64,000 nt of DNA from Eledone cirrhosa (Eukaryota): contig OZ024756.1 in the NCBI GenBank assembly GCA_964016885.1, forward strand, positions 2,728,001-2,792,000, in the 5' to 3' direction. The notes beneath the pieces are model-generated. The model saw only the letters and a list, made by a program, of their open reading frames with translations, was not told the origin of the DNA and ran no database searches. Position numbers and translations under genes: made by a program. Shown one piece after another: positions 12,662-27,619 of this stretch (position 1 is its first letter; the number at the start of each line of letters is the position of its first letter).

Positions 12662-13057
12662 AGTGAGTTTCTTGGTCAGTGTCCAAGTCTCAGACCCGTA
12701 CAGATGGTGGATGGGTGCTACACGAGAATGCTGAGGATGGCTCTGAACATTAATCTATTTACACTGAGGATGAAGAACTCAGAGCTGTACGGGAGCCTCC
12801 CAAAAGTCAGCTTGAGAATAGCACAGAAGAGACTGAGGTTAGCTGGACATGCTCACCGACATCCAGAGTTGACACTGCACTCAGTGCTCCTGTGGGATCC
12901 CCTGCATGGACACACTGGAAGGGGAAGACCGAGGTTAACATTTGTTGATGCCCTAAGGACAGACAGTGGTCTCTTGGAGAAAAAGGACATGGCAGCGATA
13001 ATGAGGGACAGAGACTACTGGAGAGAACTCTTTCATGGATCTCGGGAATTTTACCCG

Positions 13058-13060
<3 letters not shown>
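12662..13060 (+). mobile_element. RTE-clade LINE 3' fragment with a 5' inversion and (TA)n tail
   Basis: The + strand from 12704 encodes MVDGCYTRMLRMALN...RLRLAGH..RHPE...GRGRPR.TFVD...RDRDYWR (RTE C-terminus). The minus strand 12703-12662 encodes the preceding motif LYGSETWTLTKKLT. Confidence 0.85.
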
Positions 13061-13099
<39 letters not shown>

Positions 13100-13103
<4 letters not shown>

Positions 13104-13723
13104 CACCTTACAACTTCAAGAAGAAGTGCCAGCTCTGCCATATTGTACGAGCACCCCTGGATCTCATCAACAGCAGAGCCGAATCTGTGATAAACTGCGG
13201 ACACAGAATAAATCAGTCATTCTATGGTTGGACCCCGGTTGATATCCGAACACCATAAAACCGGAGCATCCTGTACCAAGCCATAACAATGCCGAAGGAT
13301 GGGGTGCATAATTAAACATCTGTACAATCACTCCGGAAGGTAATAATACTGTACACCCACCCCCACACATCAACTATGCCACTTAGATCTGGCCTCACTA
13401 AGCATTAGTAAATTGGCACCCATGAACTAGAAGTAGAGAATAATTATCATGTGAATGGATGATAAGTCCTTTAGGGACACATATTCAAACACCGGTTAGA
13501 GTTACTCCCCTTGCTCTGTGATACAAATAGCCATGTGTGTTTGAGATAAACATGAACTTCGATATTGTTATCATTTTTAAACCCCTTCTGCGTTCTGTAT
13601 TGAACACTTTCCTGCATTATATGCCCCTGAGAAGCCCTTTTCTGGCGAAAAGTACGTAGGAGCTTATTTTATAAACATGTTCTAACACTCTGTATTCTCT
13701 TTCGTAATATTTTCATTTATATA
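13100..13723 (+). mobile_element. Penelope-like element 3' fragment (decayed C-terminus, UTR, degenerate hammerhead)
   Basis: PYNFKKKCQLCHI...LINSRAESVINCGHRIN matches the PLE C-terminal pattern Y..KxCxLC...LNxRxE...CxH as I recall it. Downstream GCCC-CTGAGAA-GCC..GGC-GAAA-AGTACGTA-GGAGC at 13623-13663. TA-flanked. Confidence 0.6.
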
Positions 13724-14550
13724 TACTCTTTTACCTGTTTCAGCCATCCGGGTGAGGCCATGCTGGGGCACCGCCCTTGGCATATATATATATATATATT
13801 TCACCACACCCTCTACGGAACTACCTTAGGAACTTACCCACGGACATACACTCACAAAACAATTTTTTTCCAACCACGCCACCTACATCCACAATACGTA
13901 TAAACACCACACACACGTGCGTGCCCCACATATATACACACTCAGCCTCCGGAATCCTCTCCCCCCTCCCCCACCCCTCTGACCCCTCCCATCCACACGC
14001 GCACACACACACCGACCTACACCCCACCCCACCCAACACACCTTTTCCTGAACATGGAACCTCGTTCTTCCCACAACTCTCACATACACACACACACCTA
14101 CACACATACACCACCTTCAGCCCTCCCCGCTTGGACAACCCCGCCTCCCTCTCCCCACTCCACCCGCCACCACCCCTACACGCCCCACACCCTTCCACCA
14201 CTTGTTTATCTTCATGTTTATTTTTATTTTTATTTTTTTTATATTTATGTTTATTTGTACCCCTTCCACCGTTTTTCCTCCTTTTCCCCTGCCCCCCTTT
14301 TTTCTAAATGTCTCTCCTCCACTCCCTACACACCCTTAGAACTCTCTTTCCACACAATGTTCGCCCGAAAAAGGGCTTATGCCCGAAATTCCCCCCCCCC
14401 CCCACTCTCAAGAGCGTGAAACTAATAAACCTTTGTTCGTACTGCCTCTCTGTTTTGTTCCCGTTCAATTTTTGACTATATATATAAATGCGGTGCCCCA
14501 GCATGGCCTCATCCGGATGGCTGAAACAGGTAATAGAGTAAAAGAGTAAA
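13724..14550. mobile_element. two opposed ~55-nt SINE/RTE 3' tails flanking a TA-bounded PLE-like UTR
   Basis: 13724-13775 is the reverse complement of 14489-14548 (GCGGTGCCCCAGCATGGCC...GAAACAGGTAA..AGAGTA). The interior has CCGAAAA-GGGC-TTAT-GCCC-GAAA at 14365-14387. Confidence 0.55.
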
Positions 14551-14796
14551 CAAGTATAAGCAAAAGGAATAAATGTAGGAGTTGTAGGTTGTAACGACCT
14601 GTAACTCTCTCATTTATTCATTTTGTTTATATTTGCTCTGCTCGAACCCTTCAATAAATATTAACCCTTCTGTAATATTTAACACTGCTAACCCAAGCAT
14701 GGAGCCCACCTCGCTTCGGCTATCGGCATTTGATATACCCCATCACACCTCTCTCTCTATATATATATCTCCTCCCTCTCTTACGATACATATATC

Positions 14797-14834
<38 letters not shown>

Positions 14835-15057
14835 CAAAAGGTAAGAAGTCAAGTTTTTACCTTTTGTAACTACCCCAAGTAGATACTACTGATGATCAAG
14901 GATATTCGGGACCCCAACGGCTGAGCTTCTGCCGTTTCAACAGTTAGATCTGATTATACATTGCATTAACTATCTGCTCAACAAACAAGCCGAAACCACT
15001 TGTAGCCGCGGTCGGGATTTTACACACACACATACACACACACACACACACGCGCGC

Positions 15058-15088
<31 letters not shown>

Positions 15089-15103
15089 CAGACAAATATA
15101 TAC

Positions 15104-15147
<44 letters not shown>

Positions 15148-15150
<3 letters not shown>

Positions 15151-15500
15151 AGGATGGGCTGAAAAGTTCATATATCGACTATGAAAGAGTGATGCTAGAG
15201 CTATGAAATCTTGCATGCATAAATTTCAACTCTTTTTATTGATAACAGCATTGTTTCTTTCCGGGAATTATGTTGAAAAATGGAAAAATAAACCTCATTT
15301 GCTCATTCCATGAGAGTATCTAGGTCAGCCTATGAAGGAGTGATTCTAGAGCTGTGAAATCTTGCATGCATAAATTTCAACTCTTCTTATTAATAACTGC
15401 ATTGTTTCTTTCCAGGGACTATATGTTGAAAAATATGCCGCATTTGGTCATTCCATGAGAGTATCTTGGTCAGCTTATGAATCCTTCAACCCAGCCTTGT
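15148..15500. mobile_element. mariner-type MITE with two internal ~140-bp tandem units
   Basis: TIR-like CGAGGATGGGCTGAAAAGTTCATA; duplicated TATGAA.GAGTGAT.CTAGAGCT.TGAAATCTTGCATGCAT; same family as 33429-33775. Confidence 0.75.
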
Positions 15501-15798
15501 GTGATGTATATAAAGGTAAGGTTAACAGCTCCTGTATATTTTATAAATGTCTAAAACCAATTCTTCCCCACAGTAATTGTCGTAGGATATTGTCTGATAA
15601 TGAAACAAATAAGATATATTTACAATAGAAAGTTCTAAGTGGATTATCTTATTTCTTTACTTAATTTCTTTATCTTATTTCTATGGTTTTACTGTCTTTT
15701 TCTCATTTATTGATGCACATACACACACTCACACAAACATACGCACGCGCGCGGATATACATGTGTATATATATGTATATATCTATACACATATATTT

Positions 15799-15840
<42 letters not shown>

Positions 15841-15842
<2 letters not shown>

Positions 15843-16236
15843 AGGGTAATCCCAAAAGTAAGGTCTCCAAAGCGATGGGATCGCAGAGAAACTGTTCGTA
15901 CGGCTGTTGGCAACACTGTTGTGATTGGTGCTTCCTTAACTCCCAAACAATCATGCGCGCGCTTCGCTGGGATGCTCAATCTTGGCTTGGCAGCCGTTGA
16001 GAATGGAGCTCCCGTTGAACGGTACCGCCAAGTGCGAATTTCGAGCAGTTATTATTATATACGAGGGCAATCCCAAAAGTAAGGTCTCCTTCCGAGGAAA
16101 ACATACGTAAAGATCGGCGGATCACTCGGGATGATCTCTGCATTTTGGTTCCTGAGGTTTCCCGAAGAACCATCCACAGGATTTTAACGGAAAAGTTGCA
16201 ATATCGGAAGGAGACCTTACTTTTGGGATTGCCCTC

Positions 16237-16237
<1 letters not shown>
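15841..16237 (+). mobile_element. mariner deletion derivative with three TIRs and transposase remnants
   Basis: TIR CGAGGGCAATCCCAAAAGTAAGGTCTCC at 15841 (two mismatches) and 16062, and inverted at 16210-16237, all TA-flanked. ATG at 16003 opens MELPLNGTAKCEFRAVI. Internal EENIRKDRRIT...VSRRTIHRILTEKLQYRK is the mariner second HTH. Confidence 0.85.
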
Positions 16238-16305
<68 letters not shown>

Positions 16306-16462
16306 TACTTTGGGAGGGTCATGTTGCCAATAAGAAACACACGCACCAGTTGCTTTCACTTCAATTTATTATATATTTATAAATTTATAAATTTACAAAT
16401 CTACAAACTTATAAGTTTCTGGTTGGTTGGTTGGTTCCACAACCAGATAGTTGTTTATATAT

Positions 16463-16507
16463 AGTCATAGTCCTTTCGTCACACACTCTGTGACCTCTTC
16501 AGTAACT
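16463..16507 (-). ncRNA. hammerhead ribozyme in the inverted pLTR (canonical core)
   Basis: The minus strand reads AGTTA-CTGAAGA-G-GTCACA-gagtg-TGTGAC-GAAAG-GA-CTA-TGACT. Confidence 0.8.
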
Positions 16508-16707
16508 GGGGATTCCTTTCTTTGTTTCTGTGCCTTTCCTTTCTTCTATCCTACGCCATTTTGTTTCTGTGTGTGTGTTGTGTGCTCAGTTTGCGCATGC
16601 GCCACATCCGGGTGTCTGTGTGTGTTTGTGTTCATTTATCTATTTGTTTATTTATTTATTTATTTATTGTTGGTTGGTTGTTTGTTCTATGTGTGTGTGT
16701 GTTTTCA

Positions 16708-17790
16708 CCCCCACTAAAGAACAGTCAGGAACTAGAGAAAAACACAATGGAAAGCATCCAGCAAATAGCAAACTCCATCCACCAGAGCATTAGAGTTACT
16801 ATAGACTACCCCCAAGTAGACACCCCAACCATCGATTACCTGTACTAGACACAGAGCTCTGGTTAGATACCATTAACAACCAAAAACAAATCCTCCATTC
16901 CCATTATGCCAAACCCATGACTTCCAAACATCTGATCCACCGAAACTCGGCCATTTCGGACCATACCAAAATCAACATACTGATTGCGGATTTGGTACGG
17001 GTGATGAGAAATGTGTCCCGCATGTGAAACCCCGAAGAACTAGAGAGACACATACAACACTTCATCCACCGTATGCAGTTCTCTGGCTACAATCAGAGAG
17101 ATAGAATCAGAGTGTATAGAGGAGCCAGAACCAAATGGGAAAAAATGGTAAATAATGACATAAATGGGACCTGCCTCTTGTATAGGAGCAAATTTTGGAA
17201 TAGAATAGAAAGAACTAGGAACAAGGCCAATAGAATAAACTCATGGTATGATAGCAATAAATACCAGAGTGTAATGTTCATCAATACAACCCCTAGAGGC
17301 GAACTAGCCTACACATTTAGAAGGGCCGTAAATAAACATAAACTCAATATTAAGATAGTAGAAAGACCAGGTACCTCCGTAAAAACACTTATTAGCAAGA
17401 CATACCCGTTCCAAAGACCCTCATGTATAGATAAGAAATGTATAACCTATAAAATAAGCCCCCATATTAACTGTAAAACTAGAAATGTAGTGTATAGCAT
17501 AAGATGTACTGAAGGACAATGTAGAAACAAAAATATAGTGTACATAGGTGAGACAGCTCGTAGTATAGGGGAACGAATAAATGAACACTGGCGAGACCTT
17601 CAAGATAATAAAGAATCATCTGTGCTCTACCAACATGCTAAGATAGAACACAGGGGTAGATTAGAGAACATAGAAATAAAAATAGAATCCACACACAGAA
17701 AAGATGCAATGTTTAGGCAAATTACAGAGGCAGTAAGCATAAAAGAATAACAACCAAAATTATATAGAAAATATGAGTGGAACAGCAACA
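16708..17790 (+). pseudogene. disrupted PLE ORF: RT thumb, Cys linker, GIY-YIG endonuclease
   Basis: IANSIHQSIRVTIDYP, a frameshift, LPVLDTELW...HYAKPMTSKHLIHRNSA, an in-frame TGA near 17025, then MQFSGY...CKTRNVVYSIRC...YIGETARSIGERINEH...RQITEAV. Confidence 0.9.
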
Positions 17791-18029
17791 TCACAACTTA
17801 CAATTAAGGACAAAATGAAAACACACACAGGACAAAATGAAAACACACACACACATAGAACAAACAACCAACCAACAATAAATAAATAAATAAATAAACA
17901 AATAGATAAATGAACACAAACACACAGACACCCGGATGTGGCGCATGCGCAAACTGAGCACACAACACAGAAACAAAATGGCGTAGGATAGAAGAAAGGA
18001 AAGGCACAGAAACAAAGAAAGGAATCCCC

Positions 18030-18074
18030 AGTCACAGAAGAGGTCACAGAGTGTGTGACGAAAGGACTATGACT
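18030..18074 (+). ncRNA. hammerhead ribozyme in the 3' pLTR (core CAGAAGA)
   Basis: AGTCA-CAGAAGA-G-GTCACA-gagtg-TGTGAC-GAAAG-GA-CTA-TGACT; stem I AGTCA/TGACT. Confidence 0.75.
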
Positions 18075-18294
18075 ATATATAAACAACTATCTGGTTGTGG
18101 AACCAACTAACGAGCCAGGAATTTATAAGTTTGTAGATTTGTAAATTTATAAATTTATAAATATATAATAAATTGAAGTGAAAGCAACTGGTGCGTGTGT
18201 TTCTTATTGGCAACATGACCATCCCAAAGTATAACAATATCGGTTTCAACACACGATTTCAGATAAAGCATCTTGCTAAACAAATTCAGAAACG

Positions 18295-18985
<691 letters not shown>

Positions 18986-18992
18986 ATGCATG

Positions 18993-19078
<86 letters not shown>

Positions 19079-19387
19079 TGTATATATAAATGTATATCTA
19101 TGTATGTAAATATACATGCACGTATATGTATATATGTGTCTGTATATATGTATGTATATATATTTACATATATGTGTATATACATATATATACACACACG
19201 TGTACGTTGCAACAACACACACACACTTACACACACACTCACACACTCTCATACATGCACACCTACACAAACGTCCACTTAGCTGCCACTTATTTTATCT
19301 ATTATATCATTTACGTAAATACATTAACATATTTTATGTTAAACAATTGTAATTGTTCTCGTTGGGTTTTGTGGAGATATGATTCAT

Positions 19388-19476
19388 AACATATACATAC
19401 ATACATAGATATACATATATATATACATATATATACATATATATACATACACATATATACATACACAGACATATAC

Positions 19477-19531
<55 letters not shown>

Positions 19532-19632
19532 CATACACACATATATACATACACAGACATATAAATACATACATATATATATATATTTATATATATATAT
19601 ACATACACACACATATATACATGCACAGACAT

Positions 19633-19731
<99 letters not shown>

Positions 19732-19770
19732 TATACGTACACACACATATATACATACACAGACATATAC

Positions 19771-19819
<49 letters not shown>

Positions 19820-19936
19820 CATACACACATATATACATACACAGACATATAAATACATACATATATATATATATTTATATATATATATATATACATACAC
19901 ACACATATATACATGCACAGACATATACATACATAC

Positions 19937-19977
<41 letters not shown>

Positions 19978-20096
19978 CATACACCCACATATATACATAC
20001 ACAGACATATACATACATACATACACATATATATATATATATATACATATATATACATATATATACATACACACACATATATACATACACAGACAT

Positions 20097-20141
<45 letters not shown>

Positions 20142-20180
20142 TATACATACACCCACATATATACATACACAGACATATAC

Positions 20181-20229
<49 letters not shown>

Positions 20230-20276
20230 TATACATACACACACATATATACATACATATATACATACACAGACAT

Positions 20277-20361
<85 letters not shown>

Positions 20362-20556
20362 TATATACATACACACACATATATACATACACAGACATAT
20401 ACATACAGACATACATACATACATATATATATATATATACATATATATACATACACCCACATATATACATACACGGACATATACATACATACATAGATAT
20501 AGATATATATATACATATATATACATACACACATCTATACATACACAGACATATAC

Positions 20557-20587
<31 letters not shown>

Positions 20588-20654
20588 CATATATATACAT
20601 ATATATATACATATATATACATACACACACATATATACATGCATAGACATAGAC

Positions 20655-20699
<45 letters not shown>

Positions 20700-20738
20700 T
20701 ATACATACACACACATATATACATGCACAGACATATAC

Positions 20739-20787
<49 letters not shown>

Positions 20788-20822
20788 TATACATATACAC
20801 ACATATATGCATACACAGACAT

Positions 20823-20881
<59 letters not shown>

Positions 20882-21008
20882 TATACATACACACACATAT
20901 ATACATACACAGACATATACATACATACATACATACATATATATATACATACATATATATATACATATATATACATACACACACATATATACATGCACAG
21001 ACATATAC

Positions 21009-21039
<31 letters not shown>

Positions 21040-21080
21040 CATATATATACATACACACACATATATACATACACAGACAT

Positions 21081-21112
<32 letters not shown>

Positions 21113-21158
21113 CCATATATATACATACACACACATATATACATACACAGACATATAC

Positions 21159-21225
<67 letters not shown>

Positions 21226-21264
21226 TATACATACACACACATATATAAATACACAGACATATAC

Positions 21265-21307
<43 letters not shown>

Positions 21308-21560
21308 CATATATATACATACACACACATATATACATACATATATACATACATACATTCATACATACATAGATATACATATATATACATATATATGCAT
21401 ACACACATATATACATACATATATACATACATACATACATACATAGACATACATATATATATATATATATACATATATACACGCACATATATACATACAT
21501 ATAAAACATACATACATACATAAACATACATATATACATACAGACATACACAGACACAAA
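19388..21560. repeat. compound microsatellite with a higher-order unit
   Basis: ATACATACACACACATATATACATACACAGACATATACATACATACAT plus a variable (AT)n is repeated more than 25 times. Confidence 0.9.
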
Positions 21561-22149
21561 CACAGGCACACACATATACACATATACACATACACATACG
21601 CACACACACATACATACATATATACATACACAGACATAGAAACACACACCTATATATACATACATACATAGACATACGCAGGCATACACATAAAGACAGA
21701 CGTACATACATATACACTCACACATACATAGACACACATACACACACACATCACACAGACATACATACACACACATATAGACAGACATACACACACAAAC
21801 ACACACACAGACATACATCACACACACGCACACACAGACACACATATACACTTTCACACACACACATATACTCATATGCACTGAGGCACACACATACACA
21901 CACACACACACATACACAGACACACACATACACACATACACATACACACAATTTTAGGAATATACCATAGTATAATCCAAAAGCCTTTAATATCACACAC
22001 ACAGCCACACACACATACACATTCACACACGTACATACACTCACATTCGCACACACACACACCCGCACACACACTCACACATTCACACCCACACCCACAC
22101 ATACACACCCACACATACACCCACACACACAACCACACACACAACCACA

Positions 22150-22187
<38 letters not shown>

Positions 22188-22654
22188 TTCACACTCCATT
22201 GTAGGAATATCCCACAGTATTTGTGTAAAGATATAGAGTCCCCTTTAGTATCACACACACACATACACATTCACACGCACACACATACACACCCACACAC
22301 ACAACCACACATTCACACACACATACACACATTCACACACACACACACACACATACACACACACACACACATTCACACACACATATAAATACACTCCAAT
22401 GTAGGAATATCCCACAGTATTTGTGTAAAGATATCGAGTCCCTAGGTGGATTACTGGTACAGTTCTCAGTAGGTCGATACAATGATCTCTGGTAAACCTC
22501 CCCAACCTTTATTCTACGAGTTCAAATTCCAGCGAAGACAACTTTGTCTTTCATCCCTTCCATGTCGATAAATAAAGTTCCAATCCCCTATTTGGGGGTG
22601 CTAGGTTTCCAGTATTAAATCAATCGCCCAACATCAAATTAACCCCCTGGATTA

Positions 22655-25600
22655 AATCTTCCACCCAAGATTAACTCTCCCACCCAAGATTAACCCTCCC
22701 ACCCAGGACAACATCTATCACTCAAGATTAAGTCTACCACCCAAGATTAACTCTCCCACCCAGGACATCTATAACTCAAGATTAAGTCTACCACCCGAGA
22801 TGAACTCTCCCACCCGGGACAACATCTATAACTCAGGATTAACTCTCCCACCCGGGACAACATCTATAACACTAGATTAAGTCTACCACCCGAGATGAAC
22901 TCTCCCACCCGGGACAACATCTATAACTCAGGATTAACTCTCCCACCCGGGACAACATCTATAACTCAAGATTAAGTCTACCACCCGAGATTAACTCTCC
23001 CACCCGGGACAACATCTATAACTCAAGATTAACTCTACCACCCAAGATTAACACTCCCACCCGGGACAACATCTATAACTCAAGATTAACTCTCCCACAC
23101 AAGATTAACTCTCCCACCCGGGACAGCATCTATAACTCAAAATTAACTCTACCACCCAAGATTAACTCTCCCACCCGGGACAACATCTATAACTCAAGAT
23201 TAACTCTCCCACCCAAGATTAACTCTCCCACCCGGGACAACATCTATCACTCAAGATTAAGTCTACAACCCAAGATTAACTCTCCCACCCAAGATTAACT
23301 CTCCCACCCGGGACAACATCTATAACTCAAGATTAACTCTCCCACCCAAGATTAACTCTCCCACCCGGGACAACATCTATCACTCAAGATTAACTCTACC
23401 ACCCAAGATTAACTCTCCCACCCGGGACAACATCTATAACTCAGGATTAACTCTCCCACCCGGCACAACATCCATAACTCAAGATTAAGTCTCCCACCCG
23501 AGATGAACTCTCCCACCCGGGACAACATCTATAACTCAAGATTAACTCTACCACCCAAGATTAACTCTCCCACCCGGGACAACATCTATAACTCAAGATT
23601 AACTCTACCACCCAAGATTAACTCTCCCACCCGGTACACCATCTATAACTCAAGATTAACTCTACCACCCAAGATTAACTCTCCCACCCGGGACAACATC
23701 TATAACTCAAGATTAACTCTCCCACCCGGGACAACATCTATAACTCAAGATTAACTCTACAACCCAAGATTAACTCTCCCACCCGGGACAACATCTATAA
23801 CTCAAGATTAACTCTACCACCCAAGATTAACTCTCCCACCCGGGACAACATCTATAACTCAAGATTAACTCTACAACCCAAGATTAACTCTCCCACCCGG
23901 GACAACATCTATAACTCAAGATTAACTCTCCCACCCAAGATTAACTCTCCCACCCGGGACAACATCTATAACTCAAGATTAAGTCTACCACCCCAGATTA
24001 ACTCTCCCACCCGGGACAACATCTATAACTCAAGATTAACTCTACAACCCAAGATTAACTCTCCCACCCGGGACAACATCTATAACTCAAGATTAACTCT
24101 ACCACCCAAGATTAACTCTCCCACCCGGGACAACATCTATAACTCAAGATTAACTCTACAACCCAAGATTAACTCTCCCACCCGGGACAACATCTATAAC
24201 TCAAGATTAACTCTCCCACCCAAGATTAACTCTCCCACCCGGGACAACATCTATAACTCAAGATTAAGTCTACCACCCGAGATTAACTCTCCCACCCGGG
24301 ACAACATCTATAACTCAAGATTAACTCTACCACCCAAGATTAACTCTCCCACCCGGGACAACATCTATAACTCAAGATTAACTCTACCACCCAAGATTAA
24401 CTCTCCCACCCGGTACACCATCTATAACTCAAGATTAACTCTACCACCCAAGATTAACTCTCCCACCCGGGACAACATCTATAACTCAAGATTAACTCTC
24501 CCACCCGGGACAACATCTATAACTCAAGATTAACTCTACAACCCAAGATTAACTCTCCCACCCGGGACAACATCTATAACTCAAGATTAACTCTACCACC
24601 CAAGATTAACTCTCCCACCCGGGACAACATCTATAACTCAAGATTAACTCTACAACCCAAGATTAACTCTCCCACCCGGGACAACATCTATAACTCAAGA
24701 TTAACTCTCCCACCCAAGATTAACTCTCCCACCCGGGACAACATCTATAACTCAAGATTAAGTCTACCACCCCAGATTAACTCTCCCACCCGGGACAACA
24801 TCTATAACTCAAGATTAACTCTACAACCCAAGATTAACTCTCCCACCCGGGACAACATCTATAACTCAAGATTAACTCTACCACCCAAGATTAACTCTCC
24901 CACCCGGGACAACATCTATAACTCAAGATTAACTCTACAACCCAAGATTAACTCTCCCACCCGGGACAACATCTATAACTCAAGATTAACTCTCCCACCC
25001 AAGATTAACTCTCCCACCCGGGACAACATCTATAACTCAAGATTAAGTCTACCACCCGAGATTAACTCTCCCACCCGGGACAACATCTATAACTCAAGAT
25101 TAACTCTACCACCCAAGATTAACTCTCCCACTCGGGACAACATCTATCACTCAAGATTAACTCTACCACCCAAGTTTAACTCTCTCACCCGGGACAACAT
25201 CTATAACTCAAGATTAACTCTACCACCCAAGATTAACTCTCCCACCCGGGACAACATCTATAACTCAAGATTAACTCTACCACCCGAGATTAACTCTCCC
25301 ACCCGAGACAACATCTATAACTCAAGATTAACTCTACCACCCAAGATTAACTCTCCCACCCGGGACAACATCTATAACTCAAGATTAACTCTACCACCCG
25401 AGATTAACTCTCCCACCCGGGACAACATCTATAACTCAAGATTAACTCTACCACCCAAGATTAACTCTCCCACCCAGGACAACATCTATAACTCAAGATT
25501 AACTCTCCCACCCGGGACAACATCTATAACTCAGAATTAAGTCTACCACCCGAGACTAACTCTGCCCACCCAGCACAACATCTATAACTCAAGATTAACT

Positions 25601-27235
25601 CTCCCACCCGGGACAACATCTATAACTCAGGATTAACTCTCCCACCCGGGACAACATCTATAACTCAAGATTAACTCTACCACCCAAGATTAACTCTCCC
25701 ACGCGGGACAACATCTATAACTCAAGATTAAGTCTACCACCCGAGATGAACTCTCCCACCCGGGACAACATCTATAACTCAGGATTAACTCTCCCACCCG
25801 GGACAACATCTATAACTCAAGATTAAGTCTACCACCCGAGATTAACTCTCCCACCCGGGACAACATCTATAACTCAAGATTAACTCTCCCACCCAAGATT
25901 AACTCTCCCACCCGGGACAACATCTATCACTCAATATTAAGTCTCCCACCCAAGATTAACTCTCCAACCCGGGACAACATCTATAACTCAATATTAAGTC
26001 TACCACCCAAGATTAACTCTCCCACCCGGGACAACATCTATAACTCAAGATTAACTCTCCCACCCAAGATTAACTCTCCCACCCGGGACAACATCTATCA
26101 CTCAATATTAAGTCTCCCACCCGAGATTAACTCTCCCACCCGGGACAACATCTATAACTCAAAATTAACTCTACCACCCAAGATTAACTCTCCCACACGG
26201 GACAACATCTATAACTCAAGATTAACTCTCCCACCCGGGACAACATCTATCACTCAAGATTAACTCTACCACCCGAGATTAACTCTCCCACCCGGGACAA
26301 CATCTATAACTCAGGATTAACTCTCCCACCCGGGACAACATCTATAACTCAAGATTGAGTCTACCACCCGAGATTAACTCTCCCACCCGGGACAACATCT
26401 ATAACTCAAGATTAACTCTACCACCCGAGATTAACTCTCCCACCCGGGACAACATCTATAACTCAGGATTAACTCTCCCACCCGGGACAACATCTATAAC
26501 TCAAGATTGAGTCTACCACCCGAGATTAACTCTCCCACCCGGGACAACATCTATAACTCAAGATTAACTCTACCACCCAAGATTAACTCTCCCACCCAGG
26601 ACAACATCTATGACTCAAGATTAACTCTCCCACCCAAGATTAACTCTCCAACCCGGGACAACATCTATAACTCAAGATTAAGTCTACCACCCGAGATTAA
26701 CTCTCCCACGCGGGACAACATCTATAACTCAATATTAAGTCTCCCACCCAAGATTAACTCTCCCACCCGGGACAACATCTATAACTCAAGATTAAGTCTA
26801 CCACCCGAGATTAACTCTCCCACCCGGGACAACATCTATAACTCAAGATTAACTCTACCACCCGAGATTAACTCTCCCACCCAGGACAACATCTGCAACT
26901 CAAGATTAAGTCTCCCACCCGAGATTAACTCTGCCACCCAGGACAACATCTATAACTCAAGATTACCTCTACCACCCGGGACAACATCTATAACTCAAGA
27001 TTAACTCTACCACCCGAGATTAACTCTCCCACCCAGGACAACATCTGTAACTCAAGATTAAGTCTACCACCCGAGATTAACTCTCCCACCCGGGACAACA
27101 TCTATAACTCAAGATTACCTCTACCACCCGGGACAACATCTATAACTCAAGATTAAGTCTACCACCCGAGATTAACTCTCCCACCCGGGACAACATCCAC
27201 CACCCAAGATGAACTCTTCCTCCCAGGATAACATC
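22655..27235. repeat. 4.6-kb satellite of 19-bp blocks (57-bp ABC and 38-bp BC units)
   Basis: A=CAAGATTAACTCTACCACC, B=CAAGATTAACTCTCCCACC, C=CGGGACAACATCTATAACT. Confidence 0.95.
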
Positions 27236-27306
27236 TATACTGCAAGCTTAACTTCACCAAATTAGTCTAGTGCCCAATATTAAGTATACAACCCAAGACT
27301 GTTTAC

Positions 27307-27448
27307 CGCACATGATCAAGTAAACCACCATTGGTATAACTTCACTGTAGCCATACAGTCTGCTAGAGATAGCAACCAAATGTTGCTCAAATCGAGAGTC
27401 GTAAAAACTATAAGAACACTCCGATTGATGTGATCTTAGATACAGTTT
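27307..27448 (-). CDS. candidate internal coding exon (142 nt) of an unidentified gene
   Basis: Strong acceptor TTTTTTCTTCTTTTTTCCCCAG|; open frame KLYLRSHQSECSYSFYDSRFEQHLVAISSRLYGYSEVIPMVVYLIMC; weak donor G|GTAAAC; unique sequence. Confidence 0.4.
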
Positions 27449-27619
27449 CTGGGGAAAAAAGAAGAAAAAACGTATAATTGCCTTTTGAACATAAACAAGA
27501 TCGATCAAAGTAAACCTTGTGTGCTAAACAACAACAACAACAACAAGAGCATCGTCAAAATCTGGATGGACTCCATCAAGAAATTTAAAGAAATCTTAAT
27601 TAACATTATTGTTAGTGAA

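Noticed and set aside
13724-14550. DNA transposon with 55-bp TIRs
   Set aside because: The arms look like retroposon 3' tails with AAGAGTA-type repeats and have no TSD, so two independent opposed insertions are more parsimonious.
19334-21947. Long Tyr/Ile/Cys/Val or His/Thr ORFs here and throughout the window
   Set aside because: They are translations of (TA)n, (CA)n and (TACA)n microsatellites.
22655-27235. CRISPR-like appearance of regularly spaced repeats (also 57-429, 948-1220 and 9305-9915)
   Set aside because: There are no unique spacers and no cas genes, and the context is eukaryotic; these are tandem satellites.
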